Origin: Candidatus Uhrbacteria bacterium
GTDB taxonomy: Bacteria > Patescibacteriota > Patescibacteriia > UBA9934
Length of the DNA stretch: 64,000 nucleotides
NCBI GenBank assembly: GCA_963822405.1
Contig: CAWGHH010000001.1
Location: forward strand, 293,373-357,372
Direction: 5' to 3'
The number at the start of each line of letters is the position of its first letter. Within the stretch, counting starts at the first letter, position 1. The notes below the pieces were generated by a model. It did no database searches. It was given only the letters and a program-made list of their open reading frames with translations, and had not been told where the DNA came from. The translations under genes and the position numbers were made by a program. Shown one piece after another: positions 38,458 through 49,062 of this stretch.

Positions 38458-40200
38458 TGTCCCCCCAAGAACTCGAGCATCGCCGACACTCACTTGCTCA
38501 CTTGCTTGCAGCTGCAGTCCTCGAGCTGTACCCAGATGCAAAGCGTACGATTGGCCCAGCGATCGACGATGGTTTTTATTATGATTTCCAGTTTTCGACG
38601 CCTATCTCGGAAACGGATTTGCCAGCCATTCAGAAGCAGATGCGCAAGATGTTGACCATGTTTAAGTCGTTCGATCGAACCGAGATCACTCGCGAAGAAG
38701 CTGAGAAATTGTTCGTCGATAATCCTTTCAAACTAGAGCTCATTCGTGAGTTCGCAACAGAGGGGCAGACTTTGTCGCTTTACACCTCCGGAACGTACGT
38801 CGACCTCTGTCGCGGCGGACATGATGAGGATCTGTCACATATTGATGTGAACTCGTTCAAGTTGTCTAAGCTCGCCGGCGCGTACTGGAGAGGTGACGAG
38901 AAGAACGCGCAGCTGACCCGCATTTACGGACTCGCGTTTGGTTCGGCCAAAGAACTTGAGGCTTATGAGAAGATGCAGGAAGAGGCTAAAAAGCGTGATC
39001 ACCGTAAGCTTGGCGTTGAGCTTGATCTCTTTGCGTTCTCACCACTCGTTGGTCCTGGTTTGCCGCTGTTCACTCCTCGAGGAACTCTCTTGCGCGAGGG
39101 ACTGACTAACTTCGTTTGGGCGCTCATGAAGCCATATGGCTATCAGAAAGTGAACATCCCACACATGGCTAAGGCTGATCTTTATAAGACTTCCGGCCAC
39201 TGGGATAAATTTGCGGACGACATCTTCCATGTTTCGAGCAAAAAAACAGATGAAATTTTCGTGTTGAAGCCAATGAACTGTCCGCACCACACCCAAATTT
39301 ACGCGTCAAAGCCTCGCAGCTATCGAGATCTTCCACTTCGGTTCTCCGAAGTTACGACTGTGTATCGCGACGAGAACACTGGCCAGCTCCAGGGCTTATC
39401 GAGAGTACGCTCGATCACGCAGGATGACGCTCACGTGTTCTGCCGAATGGATCAGGTCAAAGACGAGGCTAGAGCCATCTACGAGATCATCACGAAGTTC
39501 TATAAGGCGTTCGACATGCCACTCAAGATTCGGTTGTCGACTAATGATCCAGCCAAGCCAGAAGCATATCTTGGTGGTCCAGAAGTTTGGGAGAAGGCCG
39601 TTGGTACGCTCAAAGAATTGTTGACCGATCTCGGTCGCGAATACTTCATCGGGGTAGGGGAGGCGGCATTCTACTGGGCCGAAGCTCGACTTCATCGCTA
39701 CAGACGCAATCGGTCGTGAATGGCAGTTGGCTACAGTTCAGCTCGACTTTAATCTTCCGGAGCGTTTTGAGCTCGAGTACACAGATTCCGACAACACCAA
39801 GAAGCGTCCAGTCATGGTTCACCGCGCTATTCTTGGCTCCGTAGAGCGTTTCATCGGCATCATGATTGAGCACTACGCCGGCGCCTTCCCATTTTGGCTC
39901 GCCCCTGAACAGGTTCGCCTAGCCACAGTGAACGAAGCCTTCGCACCATTCGCCGTCGAACTCAGAAATGAGCTTGACGCCGCCGGTATCCGCGTTATGT
40001 TAGACGACTCCTCAGAAAAACTCGGCAAAAAAATCCGCGACGCCGCCATTGTCAAAGTCCCTTGGACGATCGTCATTGGCGAAAAAGAAGCTCAAGGTGG
40101 CGACTTCCAGGTGAAAGTCTTTGGATCAGAAAATCCGCTCAGCATCAGCCAAGCGGATCTCCTGACGCACGTAACCGACCTCTCTAAACTCCCTGTTTAA
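38457..40200 (+). CDS. thrS: Threonine--tRNA ligase (split by one extra base near 39675)
   Basis: RHSLAHLL, DLCRGGH, RDHRKLG, KPMNCPHH; removing one base restores AAFYGPKLDF; MVHRAILGSVERF. Confidence 0.93.
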
Positions 40201-40549
40201 GCATTGCTACTTCCGCCTTCTCAATACTCTTAGCTGCCTTGTTCGTAATCTTCACTATCTTTTCAGTGGCTTCATTAGCGGCCTTCAGGTACGTGTCAGC
40301 GGCTTTTGCCACAGCTGACGAGTACATGTTGACCGCTTTTTGAATTTCAATGTCATCGTCTTCGTCTACCGTAATTCCTGTTCGACCAAAAGCATCATTT
40401 TCAAGTGCTCTCATGGCGCTTTTAATGCTCTCGATTAAAATCGGCGTCACGCCTTCTCTCTCTAATCTAGTTTTATAGTATTTTCGCATCTGTTCCGGCA
40501 ACGGCGCCCGATCCAGAATAGCCTGAATTTTTTCTTTTGCGGTTTCCAT
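40184..40549 (-). CDS. Hypothetical helical protein
   Basis: 121 aa ORF in a minus-strand gene run. Confidence 0.55.
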   Translation of the reverse strand: METAKEKIQAILDRAPLPEQMRKYYKTRLEREGVTPILIESIKSAMRALENDAFGRTGITVDEDDDIEIQKAVNMYSSAVAKAADTYLKAANEATEKIVKITNKAAKSIEKAEVAMLKQGV

Positions 40550-40557
40550 AGTATGTA

Positions 40558-41931
40558 TTAGGCGGCGGCTGGTTCTTTTGTCTCTGCAACAACTTGATCA
40601 AGTTCTTCTTGGGCATCTTGCCATTTTTGAGCTTCGAGAAGAGCTTTCTGTTTCTTTTCTAGCGCAGTTTTTTCTGCTTTAGCTTGTTCGGTGTCTGACC
40701 TCAACCCATTGATGCCAGCTTCGATTCGTTTATTGAGAGCATGAAGTCCTGCCAGAGTGGACATGCGTCTACCACTCTTTATTTGTTCTCGTTTCGCTAG
40801 GTCTTTTGCTAGTTGAGCCTTTTCTGCCTGACTAACATCACTTTCTTCGTTATTCACAACTGTTTCGACGGAGGTTTCGTTTGGCTGGTCAAAATCGGAT
40901 GACTCGCCATTACCCGCGAATAACTTGGAGAACATTTCTTCGGCGGCTGTGACGTTTTGTTGACGAACAACTTTTGCTAATTTTGCATTTTCTTTCGTCA
41001 TCTTTTCGACCATTCCCTCATGTGCTTTTCGTATACTTTCGGCTGTACCGAAAATTTCTTCGCCATCGGCCAGTTCAGCGACCACCATCTCGATAATTTG
41101 AGGTTTTTCTGGTGTGACTGCTGGTTCGGTTTCGCTGGCTGGTTTTTCGATGATCTCGGCGGGGATGACTACTTCTGGTCCCAACGCGTTGGCCCAATCA
41201 ACGCCTTTCTCTTGTCCGGTCAGAATATTTTTCAACCAAACCATTTCTTCTCCGGCGCGTTTGATAGTGGCGCTGATTGTTTCTTTTGGCAGCTGGAACG
41301 GAATCCGTAACTCTTTTATCTCTGCAAGGCTCGGAGCCTGTTCTTCTTCGGCGTCGGATCCGCCCGCGATGTCATTAGCAAAAAGCCTGGCTCGTTCTGT
41401 GACTTGCGTGCCAGCTCCAAGTGCCTTTGTGAGGAATTTTGTAGTTCGTCCTGAGAAAAGTTTTCCTGCTTTGACTACTTTATCTGCAAGTAATTTATTC
41501 GTCGCTTCCACGGCCGCGAGGGTATCGCCTAAAAATCTTTCGCCGCGTTGTTCTGGACTCTCGGTAAGTTTTACTTCAGCTTGTTCGGCTAGCTCCTGTT
41601 TGAGGGCACTGGTTTCGATTGATTCTGCTACCAGTTGTGGCACTCCCTCTTTATCTATCGCGTATGCCATTTCTGTTACACCATCATCACCAGCTTCAAG
41701 AACAGTCGCCTCGCGTTTTCCTCCACTTCTCTCAATTGATAATCGGGCACCTTCTTCGATTTTTTGAGCACGTATTTCCGCCGTTTCCGTGGCTCGTCGC
41801 GCCAATTCGGCTTTGGCTTTGGCTACGGTTCCTTCACCTTCTGGAACTCCAGTTTTGGAATTATATTCTCGAGGAGGCGCTCCAGCTATCCCGTCAAAAC
41901 CATTCGGATATTTGTACATTCTCATAAGCAT
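40558..41931 (-). CDS. Hypothetical Glu/Ala/Lys-rich protein
   Basis: 457 aa ORF, coiled-coil-like composition. Confidence 0.65.
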   Translation of the reverse strand: MLMRMYKYPNGFDGIAGAPPREYNSKTGVPEGEGTVAKAKAELARRATETAEIRAQKIEEGARLSIERSGGKREATVLEAGDDGVTEMAYAIDKEGVPQLVAESIETSALKQELAEQAEVKLTESPEQRGERFLGDTLAAVEATNKLLADKVVKAGKLFSGRTTKFLTKALGAGTQVTERARLFANDIAGGSDAEEEQAPSLAEIKELRIPFQLPKETISATIKRAGEEMVWLKNILTGQEKGVDWANALGPEVVIPAEIIEKPASETEPAVTPEKPQIIEMVVAELADGEEIFGTAESIRKAHEGMVEKMTKENAKLAKVVRQQNVTAAEEMFSKLFAGNGESSDFDQPNETSVETVVNNEESDVSQAEKAQLAKDLAKREQIKSGRRMSTLAGLHALNKRIEAGINGLRSDTEQAKAEKTALEKKQKALLEAQKWQDAQEELDQVVAETKEPAAA

Positions 41932-41939
41932 TGTTAATT

Positions 41940-43685
41940 CTAAAACGTATTATCTACTTCAACACCGATCGCAGTCCAAAATTTGTTAATTAATTTTCTG
42001 AGTGGATTGCGCTTTAATGCCTCTTCTGACGCGCCACTTGAGCCACCTCCTGTTCTCGCCTCCGCTTTCATTGCTGATCTAGTGGTAGCCATGGTTTTGG
42101 CTGGAGTTGGTTTTACTTCTGGTTTCGTTGGTTGCGCTTCTCGAGCAGGGGCAAGATCTGGATGCATCGCAGCCAGCTGTTCTGGAGTTATGTTTGATTT
42201 TATAGCGCGAGGCATCTCGATTTTGTTAGCGGCGGTCCTTCTCTCACTAGCAAGAATCGCGTCCGACACGATTTTGGTTTCGGCTTGTTTTTTTGTAACT
42301 TCTCGTCGAGCTCGAATTTTCCGTGCACGGGCTTCAACTATACCCAGTTTTTCCTCAGATTTTTTTAGTCGAGCCGCACCTTCTTCTGGGGTAATGTCTG
42401 ATGTGACCTCATCTTCAATTGCCTCTGGCATGTTTGCCAGCTGCTGCTTGATAGTTCTTGGGGCGACAGGAGTTATATTTGCGTCTGGGTTGTATTGACG
42501 GGTGACCTGTTCATGGAACGAACTTGGCTTATCTATTGTTTCTACTACCTCCGGAGTGTTATTGACGTCATATTCCTCAATCATAACCGGGATCGGTGTG
42601 GCGAGGCTCTTTTTCTTTGCTTGAGCCTTGGCTGACTTGGCTTTGAATTCTTGCCAGGCTGGGCCAACATCGTTTGTGGCTTGTAGTACCGCGTCTCGTT
42701 CTGCGTTACGTAATGCGTTAAGATCATCAAGGAGAATTTGTTCGTTAAATTGCAATTCTTTAATTGACAGCGGAACGTTATCTATATAGGAAGTCGCAAA
42801 GTAAAGATCATGCAGAAAATTACTCTGGATGGTTTCTAGGGAAAGTTTCTTGCTAGTTTTTGCGGATGAAACGGTGGTCTCTCCATGGACAAGAATGTTC
42901 CATATTCTTTCGTTACTGACCATTGACGCGGTTACTGGAATTGTAGCTGTTATTATCTCGGTTGGTTTCGTGCCACCAAATTGAACCGCTTTGAAACCGG
43001 CATTAATCACTTTTTCACATTCTTTTCTGGCTACAGCTTGAGAGTCTTCAGTTCCTCGCTCATACATTAGATGATCTCTCGTTACTTCATTTAGTGCTCT
43101 AGCAATAGTCGAGTAATCAATCTCGAAATAGTCTTTTCCTATGTCTTTTAAGGCTACGGCCTTTACCTCGCTTTTTGCCAGTTGCGCCGCTGCCTCATAG
43201 GAGAGCTTCTCATCTCTATGCATGAGAGCGGCAAATTCTAAAATACGGCCTTTATTTTCTTTTAGATATTTATCGAGCTTGGTGTATTCCTCTGATTCTT
43301 CCTTGTGTTCGACGAGTAGAGAGGTGATAATGTCCCAGGCTTTTCCTTTGCTAAATTTTTCTGTAGCCTCGAATAAAGCTTTTTCAGCCTCGTATTCTGC
43401 TTTAGTGAATGGGGTTGCTCCACGTCGTCCGTCTCCAGAGCTGACCAAGAAAACTTTATCGCCTTTTTTTAGACGTCCAGAAACGTCTTCTTCTAGGGTG
43501 ACTGGAACAGCTGTCCAGGTTTCTGTTTCCCCATTGTTTCCAAGCCTTTTAAAGTCAGGCAGTTTTGGCTCTGAGGGTTCGGGAGACTTAATGGTTTCTG
43601 GGGTTGGAGCCTCTATTCTTGATTGAGGAGTAGGACGGGGAAATTTCTCTGTAACCTCAGCTTTTTTTTGTTGTTCGTTGGCCAT
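41940..43685 (-). CDS. Hypothetical charged protein
   Basis: 581 aa ORF; TATACT upstream. Confidence 0.65.
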   Translation of the reverse strand: MANEQQKKAEVTEKFPRPTPQSRIEAPTPETIKSPEPSEPKLPDFKRLGNNGETETWTAVPVTLEEDVSGRLKKGDKVFLVSSGDGRRGATPFTKAEYEAEKALFEATEKFSKGKAWDIITSLLVEHKEESEEYTKLDKYLKENKGRILEFAALMHRDEKLSYEAAAQLAKSEVKAVALKDIGKDYFEIDYSTIARALNEVTRDHLMYERGTEDSQAVARKECEKVINAGFKAVQFGGTKPTEIITATIPVTASMVSNERIWNILVHGETTVSSAKTSKKLSLETIQSNFLHDLYFATSYIDNVPLSIKELQFNEQILLDDLNALRNAERDAVLQATNDVGPAWQEFKAKSAKAQAKKKSLATPIPVMIEEYDVNNTPEVVETIDKPSSFHEQVTRQYNPDANITPVAPRTIKQQLANMPEAIEDEVTSDITPEEGAARLKKSEEKLGIVEARARKIRARREVTKKQAETKIVSDAILASERRTAANKIEMPRAIKSNITPEQLAAMHPDLAPAREAQPTKPEVKPTPAKTMATTRSAMKAEARTGGGSSGASEEALKRNPLRKLINKFWTAIGVEVDNTF

Positions 43686-43775
43686 AGCAAAATATTGGCG
43701 AGTAATTACTTATAGTATACATCAGTTGACAAAATGCTACTTTTCTGCTAGTTTTAGCCACATGCAGGAGGATGC

Positions 43776-44438
43776 ATGTCACAGAATCCGAACTTCAAAT
43801 TACTAGATTTCAATGGAAAATGTACGCACCGACCCGCCGGAATCAAGGATCAACCGGCCGAAGTCATCAATTTTGAGGATCGTTTGATCGCACGGGCAAC
43901 CAAGCGGGTCATGGCGGGCTCGATCAAGGAGCGACCCATTCCGGAGAAACTGACTCCGGCCCACAGGGCCAACATCCGCGCTCACGAATTCCAGCGGAAC
44001 TGGCCAAACATTGGTCCGTTCCTGACAGATCTCGTGCGGACGCGCGTGGAGGCGGGGAGGCTGACGGAAGAAGAGTCTGAGTCGCTTGTCTCGGCTGTGG
44101 AAGCCAGGCTTGCTGCCCAGGGATCAGACATTCGTGACCCGATCAAGGACAAGGTCATCGCCGCTCAGGCTGAACTGGCAGAAACCGGATTCACTGATGA
44201 TGGCGAGCGGTCGTTGATCGTTGCTCTCGGCGTCGGTAGCGAACGCCACTACTTCAACCTCACCTTTCGGGACAACTGCCTCTCGGAACTCCTTCCAAAG
44301 GACATGAAGCGCGCCATGTTCGAGGTCAGCACACAGTGGTGCGTCAATTACGAGCCGGTCATCGTCGCGGTCTACCGCTGCGTTCAGGACCAGGTCAGTG
44401 CCAGCTTCAACAAGCGAAAGTCACCATCTTCATGGTGA
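43776..44438 (+). CDS. Hypothetical protein (stand-alone GC-rich unit)
   Basis: TTGACA at 43727, AGGAGG SD, strong terminator at 44441-44481. Confidence 0.65.
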   Translation: MSQNPNFKLLDFNGKCTHRPAGIKDQPAEVINFEDRLIARATKRVMAGSIKERPIPEKLTPAHRANIRAHEFQRNWPNIGPFLTDLVRTRVEAGRLTEEESESLVSAVEARLAAQGSDIRDPIKDKVIAAQAELAETGFTDDGERSLIVALGVGSERHYFNLTFRDNCLSELLPKDMKRAMFEVSTQWCVNYEPVIVAVYRCVQDQVSASFNKRKSPSSW

Positions 44439-44440
44439 CG

Positions 44441-44481
44441 AAAAACGCGGGCTTCCCAGTGGGAAGGCCGCGTTCTTTTTT
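44441..44481. terminator. Bidirectional intrinsic terminator
   Basis: AAAAACGCGG-G-CTTCCC...GGGAAG-G-CCGCGTTCTTTTTT between convergent genes. Confidence 0.75.
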
Positions 44482-44860
44482 AGGCAGCTTTTTTGAGCTT
44501 CTCAGTTCCGGCTGGGGCTGTCCCTACTTGGCCGTCATATGCATTGATAGCCATTTCTTTGAGCATTTGTAACCTATCTCCGGCTGTTCTTTTTCTTTCT
44601 TCCATTTCCGTTTTTCGTGTTTGCTCGGCGTCTCTTTCGGCTTGAATCGTACTAATGTTCACGGGCTCGTCATCTATAAGCTCAATGTTCGCACCTTCAG
44701 GGAATACTGGTTTTTCTCGAGTAAGAACCATTGGTGCTTCTTCTGCGTCTTCCATAACGGCTTCTGCAGATTTATTTTTGCTTTTTTCTACAGCCGCTTT
44801 ATACACAGCCTCTGCCCTCGCGGCATCTTCTGGTGATGGTCTCGGAATCTCTCTGTTCAT
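44480..44860 (-). CDS. Hypothetical protein
   Basis: 126 aa charged ORF. Confidence 0.55.
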   Translation of the reverse strand: MNREIPRPSPEDAARAEAVYKAAVEKSKNKSAEAVMEDAEEAPMVLTREKPVFPEGANIELIDDEPVNISTIQAERDAEQTRKTEMEERKRTAGDRLQMLKEMAINAYDGQVGTAPAGTEKLKKAA

Positions 44861-45013
44861 ATGGCCCCATGGTACTTTATGGTTTTTTTGTTATATAGTG
44901 GGATGTACACAGGAGGAGGGGAAAGAGGTATCAGGTTTTGGAGTCTGACCAAAGAATCCAATTCAGTAATTCCCCAACCTTAACCTGACACCTTTGGTTC
45001 TTAGCATTTCATT

Positions 45014-45967
45014 ATGCTTCAACGTCTTATAGTTATTCTCGGTTCCACAGCTTCCGGCAAAACGGATGCTGGTATTGCGGTTGCGCGAGCCGTAGACGGG
45101 GAAGTGATCTGTGCCGATTCACGAACTATTTATAAGGGCATGGACATCGGCACCGCTAAACCTGAAGGGCAACGAAACTGGGGTGTCGGGGTCGACTTCA
45201 ATGTCGACCCACCTAGACTCGGTTCAGAGCGTCCTCTCATGGTGGATGGCGTCCCTCACTGGGGCCTCGACTTGGCTGATCCCGACGAGGTTTACACTGT
45301 TTCCGAGTTTCAGGCCTACGCCGATAAGAAAATCAAGGACATCGTAAAGCGCGGCAAGATGCCAATTTTAGTTGGTGGCACAGGTTTGTATATTCGCGCA
45401 GTAATCGACAGACCGACTTTTGCTGAGGTTCCGCCTAATCCAAATTTCCGCGCCGAGGTCGCAACTTTGAGTGATGCCGAGTTATTCGACGCTGTGGCCG
45501 AGCTTGATCCTGACGGAGCGGCAACACTCGACGAAAAGAACCGCCGACGAGTTGAGCGTGCGCTTGAGATTCTTCGAGGCACTGGAAAAACGCTCGCCGA
45601 GTCACGTTCGTGGGGCGAGAAGATTTATGAGCCGGTGATGATCGGCATGTCTGTGCCTCGAGAGACGTTATTCGATAGACTCGACACACGTGTAGATATT
45701 ATGGTCGCCAAGGGCTTGATCGACGAAGTCCGTAAGCTCCGCGCTAAATATGGCAGCGACGCGCCGGGGATGACCGGCATTGGCTACCGGCAAATTTGCG
45801 AGTTCTTGGACGCCAAGGCTACTCTTAAAGACGCAATAACGCGCATCAAGATTGATACGCGTCATTACGCCAAACGCCAGGAAACTTGGTTCAAACACGA
45901 TTCACGGATTACGTGGGTGACGAGCACGAAAGAAGCGGTGGTCGAGGCTATCCGAGCACGTTCTTAA
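45014..45967 (+). CDS. miaA: tRNA dimethylallyltransferase
   Basis: GSTASGKT, DSRTIYKGMDIGTAKP, VGGTGLY, YAKRQETWF. Confidence 0.96.
   Translation: MLQRLIVILGSTASGKTDAGIAVARAVDGEVICADSRTIYKGMDIGTAKPEGQRNWGVGVDFNVDPPRLGSERPLMVDGVPHWGLDLADPDEVYTVSEFQAYADKKIKDIVKRGKMPILVGGTGLYIRAVIDRPTFAEVPPNPNFRAEVATLSDAELFDAVAELDPDGAATLDEKNRRRVERALEILRGTGKTLAESRSWGEKIYEPVMIGMSVPRETLFDRLDTRVDIMVAKGLIDEVRKLRAKYGSDAPGMTGIGYRQICEFLDAKATLKDAITRIKIDTRHYAKRQETWFKHDSRITWVTSTKEAVVEAIRARS
45185..45210 (+). repeat. REP-like hairpin in frame in miaA
   Basis: GTCG-GGGTCGAC-TTCAAT-GTCGACCC; encodes VGVDFNVDP. Confidence 0.7.
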
Positions 45968-47459
45968 TCACACTCGCGGTTTTTTCTGGATCGGCATTTC
46001 CCTTGGTCGCCTTCATCACTTGGCCAACTAGGAATTGGATGAGTTTCACTTCGCCGGCTTTGTAGCGGGTTACTTCTTTTGGATTTTCTTCGACAACCGT
46101 TTCTACGATAGTTTGCAGCGCGGCCATATCGTCCATTCTGGTGGCGCCGAGCTCGTCGACAACGTGTGATGGGTCAGAGCCGTCGTCTAGCATCTTGCCG
46201 AGGACTTCGAGACCCTTCGGTCCGGTGATCCGACCATCGGCGAGTAGCGTTATGAACTCGGCAAAGTTTTCTGGAGTGAGTTTCATGATGCGAACGTCGA
46301 TTTTGCGTTCCTCGAGTAGCCCCATGAGTTTCGACAATAACCAGCCAGAAAATAGTCTGGTGAGTTTTTTGCGTTCGTCCTCCATCTGTTCCGGCGTTGT
46401 ATCTGGTCTAGCCTGAAGCCACGCGCCAAGTTCACTCATGGCGTTTTCCGTGAAGTTCGCAAGGGCTGGGTCGTCCACGATCTGTTTAATGTCGTCATCC
46501 TTAAAACCGTATTCGCGCTTTAGGCGAAGGCGTTTTGCAGCTGGGAGTTCTGGCATTTTGAACCGTATTTCTTTGGTGAGGCTTTCGAGCTCAAGAGGTG
46601 GGATGTCCGGTTCTGGGAAATATCTATAGTCAGCCGAATCTTCTTTCTCGCGCTGACCTTCCGTGATCTGTTTCGCATCATTCCAACCACGAGTAATGGT
46701 GATCTTTGGCGCGTCACCAGCTTGCCAAAGTTCGGTTTGGCGTTTTATCTCGTAGGCAATGGCGCGTTCGATAGCTCTGAACGAGTTAATGTTCTTGATT
46801 TCAGTCTTCGGCGACAGATCCGGTGAAAGTGGCTTGCCGTTTTCGTCGATTTCGCGCATTGAGATGTTCACGTCGCAACGCAAATGACCCTTTTCAAGGT
46901 CGCCCTCGCTAATTCCAAGCGTGCGGACGATTAGACGAATCTCTTGTACATACGCTTTCGCTTCCGCGGCTGTTCGAAAGTCTGGTCGAGTGACGATTTC
47001 GCACAGAGGCGTGCCTCCGCGGTTAAAGTCGACGTAGGTTTTTCCGTTTTCGCCGTGGATATTTTTCGCCGCGTCTTCCTCAAGGTGCATGCGTTCAATG
47101 CGAATGCGGGCTGTTCGACCTTCTGCTGGAATTTCCACATCAAGTTTGCCCTCGCTCATGATTGGCAAGTCGAACTGCGAAATTTGATACGCCTTTGGCA
47201 AGTCTGGGTAGAAATAGTTTTTTCTATCAAATTTGCTCTTTGGTGTAATGCGACCCTCAAGGGCGAGTCCAAGCATGACCGCCCAAGAAACCGCTTGGCG
47301 GTTAGGAGTTGGCAATGTGCCCGGGTGACCAGTGCAGACCGGACAAACGTGCGTATTCGGGGCGGCGTCATCTATATGCGCTGAGCAAGAACAAAAGAGT
47401 TTTGTCTTTGTGTTCAGCTGAACGTGGGTTTCAAGTCCGATGATGGCTTCGAGTTTCAT
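45948..47459 (-). CDS. gatB: Asp/Glu-tRNA amidotransferase subunit B
   Basis: IGLETHVQL, RKNYFYPDLPK, HLEEDA, YRYFPEPD, GQVMKATKG. Confidence 0.97.
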   Translation of the reverse strand: MKLEAIIGLETHVQLNTKTKLFCSCSAHIDDAAPNTHVCPVCTGHPGTLPTPNRQAVSWAVMLGLALEGRITPKSKFDRKNYFYPDLPKAYQISQFDLPIMSEGKLDVEIPAEGRTARIRIERMHLEEDAAKNIHGENGKTYVDFNRGGTPLCEIVTRPDFRTAAEAKAYVQEIRLIVRTLGISEGDLEKGHLRCDVNISMREIDENGKPLSPDLSPKTEIKNINSFRAIERAIAYEIKRQTELWQAGDAPKITITRGWNDAKQITEGQREKEDSADYRYFPEPDIPPLELESLTKEIRFKMPELPAAKRLRLKREYGFKDDDIKQIVDDPALANFTENAMSELGAWLQARPDTTPEQMEDERKKLTRLFSGWLLSKLMGLLEERKIDVRIMKLTPENFAEFITLLADGRITGPKGLEVLGKMLDDGSDPSHVVDELGATRMDDMAALQTIVETVVEENPKEVTRYKAGEVKLIQFLVGQVMKATKGNADPEKTASVIKNVLG

Positions 47460-47472
47460 ATCAGTTAACACC

Positions 47473-48216
47473 TTACGATTTTCTGAGGCTAAAGTAAAGA
47501 AGCAGTTCGTAGGTCAAAATAAGGGGCATGAAGAGAATTTCTATGATGCTAAGGAGGGCGTTTATCCAGGCTGGGGGAGTGGTGATGATAGTCATTGGGT
47601 CAGTGATGCCGGAGAGGGCAAGAATCGGCCAGAGAATCAAAGAGACGGTTAGAGTTAGCAAAAATGAGAAAGCAAACATTCGCCAAAGGACTGGGAAGAA
47701 ATGACCTTTTACCCGCTCGCGGCTTTGTTCTAGGGCCGAGAACGTGCCAACACCGGTTAAAATAGCTTCTGTTTCAGCAAAGGCAAACCAGACGGTGAAG
47801 ATGATGCCGGGAACTATGAGGAGCAGAAAACCAAACATTTGGAGCACGCCCACTAAGAGTCCTACCCAAAGCAGTGTTGGAGCTCTGCGCCAGGCCAGTT
47901 CACTCACGCTTGTAGCCGCGTCTTTAGGCGCGAGATCCGGTCTAATCGTGCTTGTAACTACGATAGTGATGGCGGCGGTAGCCCAGAGCGAGAGAGCGAA
48001 AAGAGTGATGCCGGACAGAAGATCGACTATCTCGCCAACTTGAGGATCAAGAAAAGATGATGCTAGGCTAGTAAGAACTGGAATAAGTAACCACCCGGCA
48101 AAACCAAGGAGAACAGAAAAATTTGGGGGAGTGGCTAGGAACTTGTACGAAGATTTGAGAAGATCATTAACTCCGGGAAGTGACGATTTAGGCTCGGGTG
48201 TTTCTGAGGCTGTCAT
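47473..48216 (-). CDS. Integral membrane protein
   Basis: About 5-6 TM helices; LLIVPGII and ALEQSRERVKG motifs. Confidence 0.65.
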   Translation of the reverse strand: MTASETPEPKSSLPGVNDLLKSSYKFLATPPNFSVLLGFAGWLLIPVLTSLASSFLDPQVGEIVDLLSGITLFALSLWATAAITIVVTSTIRPDLAPKDAATSVSELAWRRAPTLLWVGLLVGVLQMFGFLLLIVPGIIFTVWFAFAETEAILTGVGTFSALEQSRERVKGHFFPVLWRMFAFSFLLTLTVSLILWPILALSGITDPMTIITTPPAWINALLSIIEILFMPLILTYELLLYFSLRKS

Positions 48217-49048
48217 AAATATAGAAATCCGTTACGGCTAGAAGCGGAACAGAGAGGGCGGTTATGATGGAACTTAGAATAAACCAGGTAGCGTTGCCGA
48301 TTCCTTGGTACAGAGAGCTGTCTGTAAAAATTATCATGAGGATGATGGCCAGCGCCGCTAACAGTAGGAAGTTAAGCACAAAAACCACCAGAGCGTAAAT
48401 AAGCTTCGGGATAACAAAACGGAAGAACGTATCCCACCATCGGCCAGAAACAAGAGAGGCTGAATGTTGGAGCGCTTTGACGCCATGTTCCTTGTTCAAA
48501 ACAAGAGAATACGGAGCAAAGCCGTACTGAATGCTGTATTTGACGAGTAGGACGAAGGAGATGAAGGCACCAACCAGGAGGAGTACTCCGCCAATAGACG
48601 AGAGAACTGAGGAGGTATTCCTAGCGCCGTCAATGAGGATGAGGATTATGCCGAGGAATGGAGGAACTAAGATGGCGGCCACAACCAGACCCACTAAGAC
48701 CGAGATCCAGACATAAGAAAAGAACAGTTTCCAGGCACGCTTGCCTTCAGCTTTTTGATCTCTGGTGGCGCCTGATGCTTGCTCGCCAACCGCAATGATG
48801 ATGCTGAGTAAGGCCCAGGTACTAACTACGGCCAACAAAATAGCCCCAGAATAATTTAGCACTAGAGTGAAAATGTGGAGCGGGGTTGGCTCTGTGTCTA
48901 CCGTGTATGGTTGAAGCAATTTAGCTAGAGCCGCCGGTATTGAGGCGATAACTATCCATGCCGTAATGCTCAAAAGTTCAACAAAATGTTTCCTGTAGTG
49001 AGCAATTGTTTTGTCGATAACTTGCCCAAGAGAGATGAGAGAAGCCAT
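48188..49048 (-). CDS. Integral membrane protein (same family as neighbour)
   Basis: About 6 TM helices; ALQHSASLVSGRWW motif. Confidence 0.65.
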   Translation of the reverse strand: MASLISLGQVIDKTIAHYRKHFVELLSITAWIVIASIPAALAKLLQPYTVDTEPTPLHIFTLVLNYSGAILLAVVSTWALLSIIIAVGEQASGATRDQKAEGKRAWKLFFSYVWISVLVGLVVAAILVPPFLGIILILIDGARNTSSVLSSIGGVLLLVGAFISFVLLVKYSIQYGFAPYSLVLNKEHGVKALQHSASLVSGRWWDTFFRFVIPKLIYALVVFVLNFLLLAALAIILMIIFTDSSLYQGIGNATWFILSSIITALSVPLLAVTDFYIYDSLRNTRA

Positions 49049-49062
49049 ATGACGGAATTATA

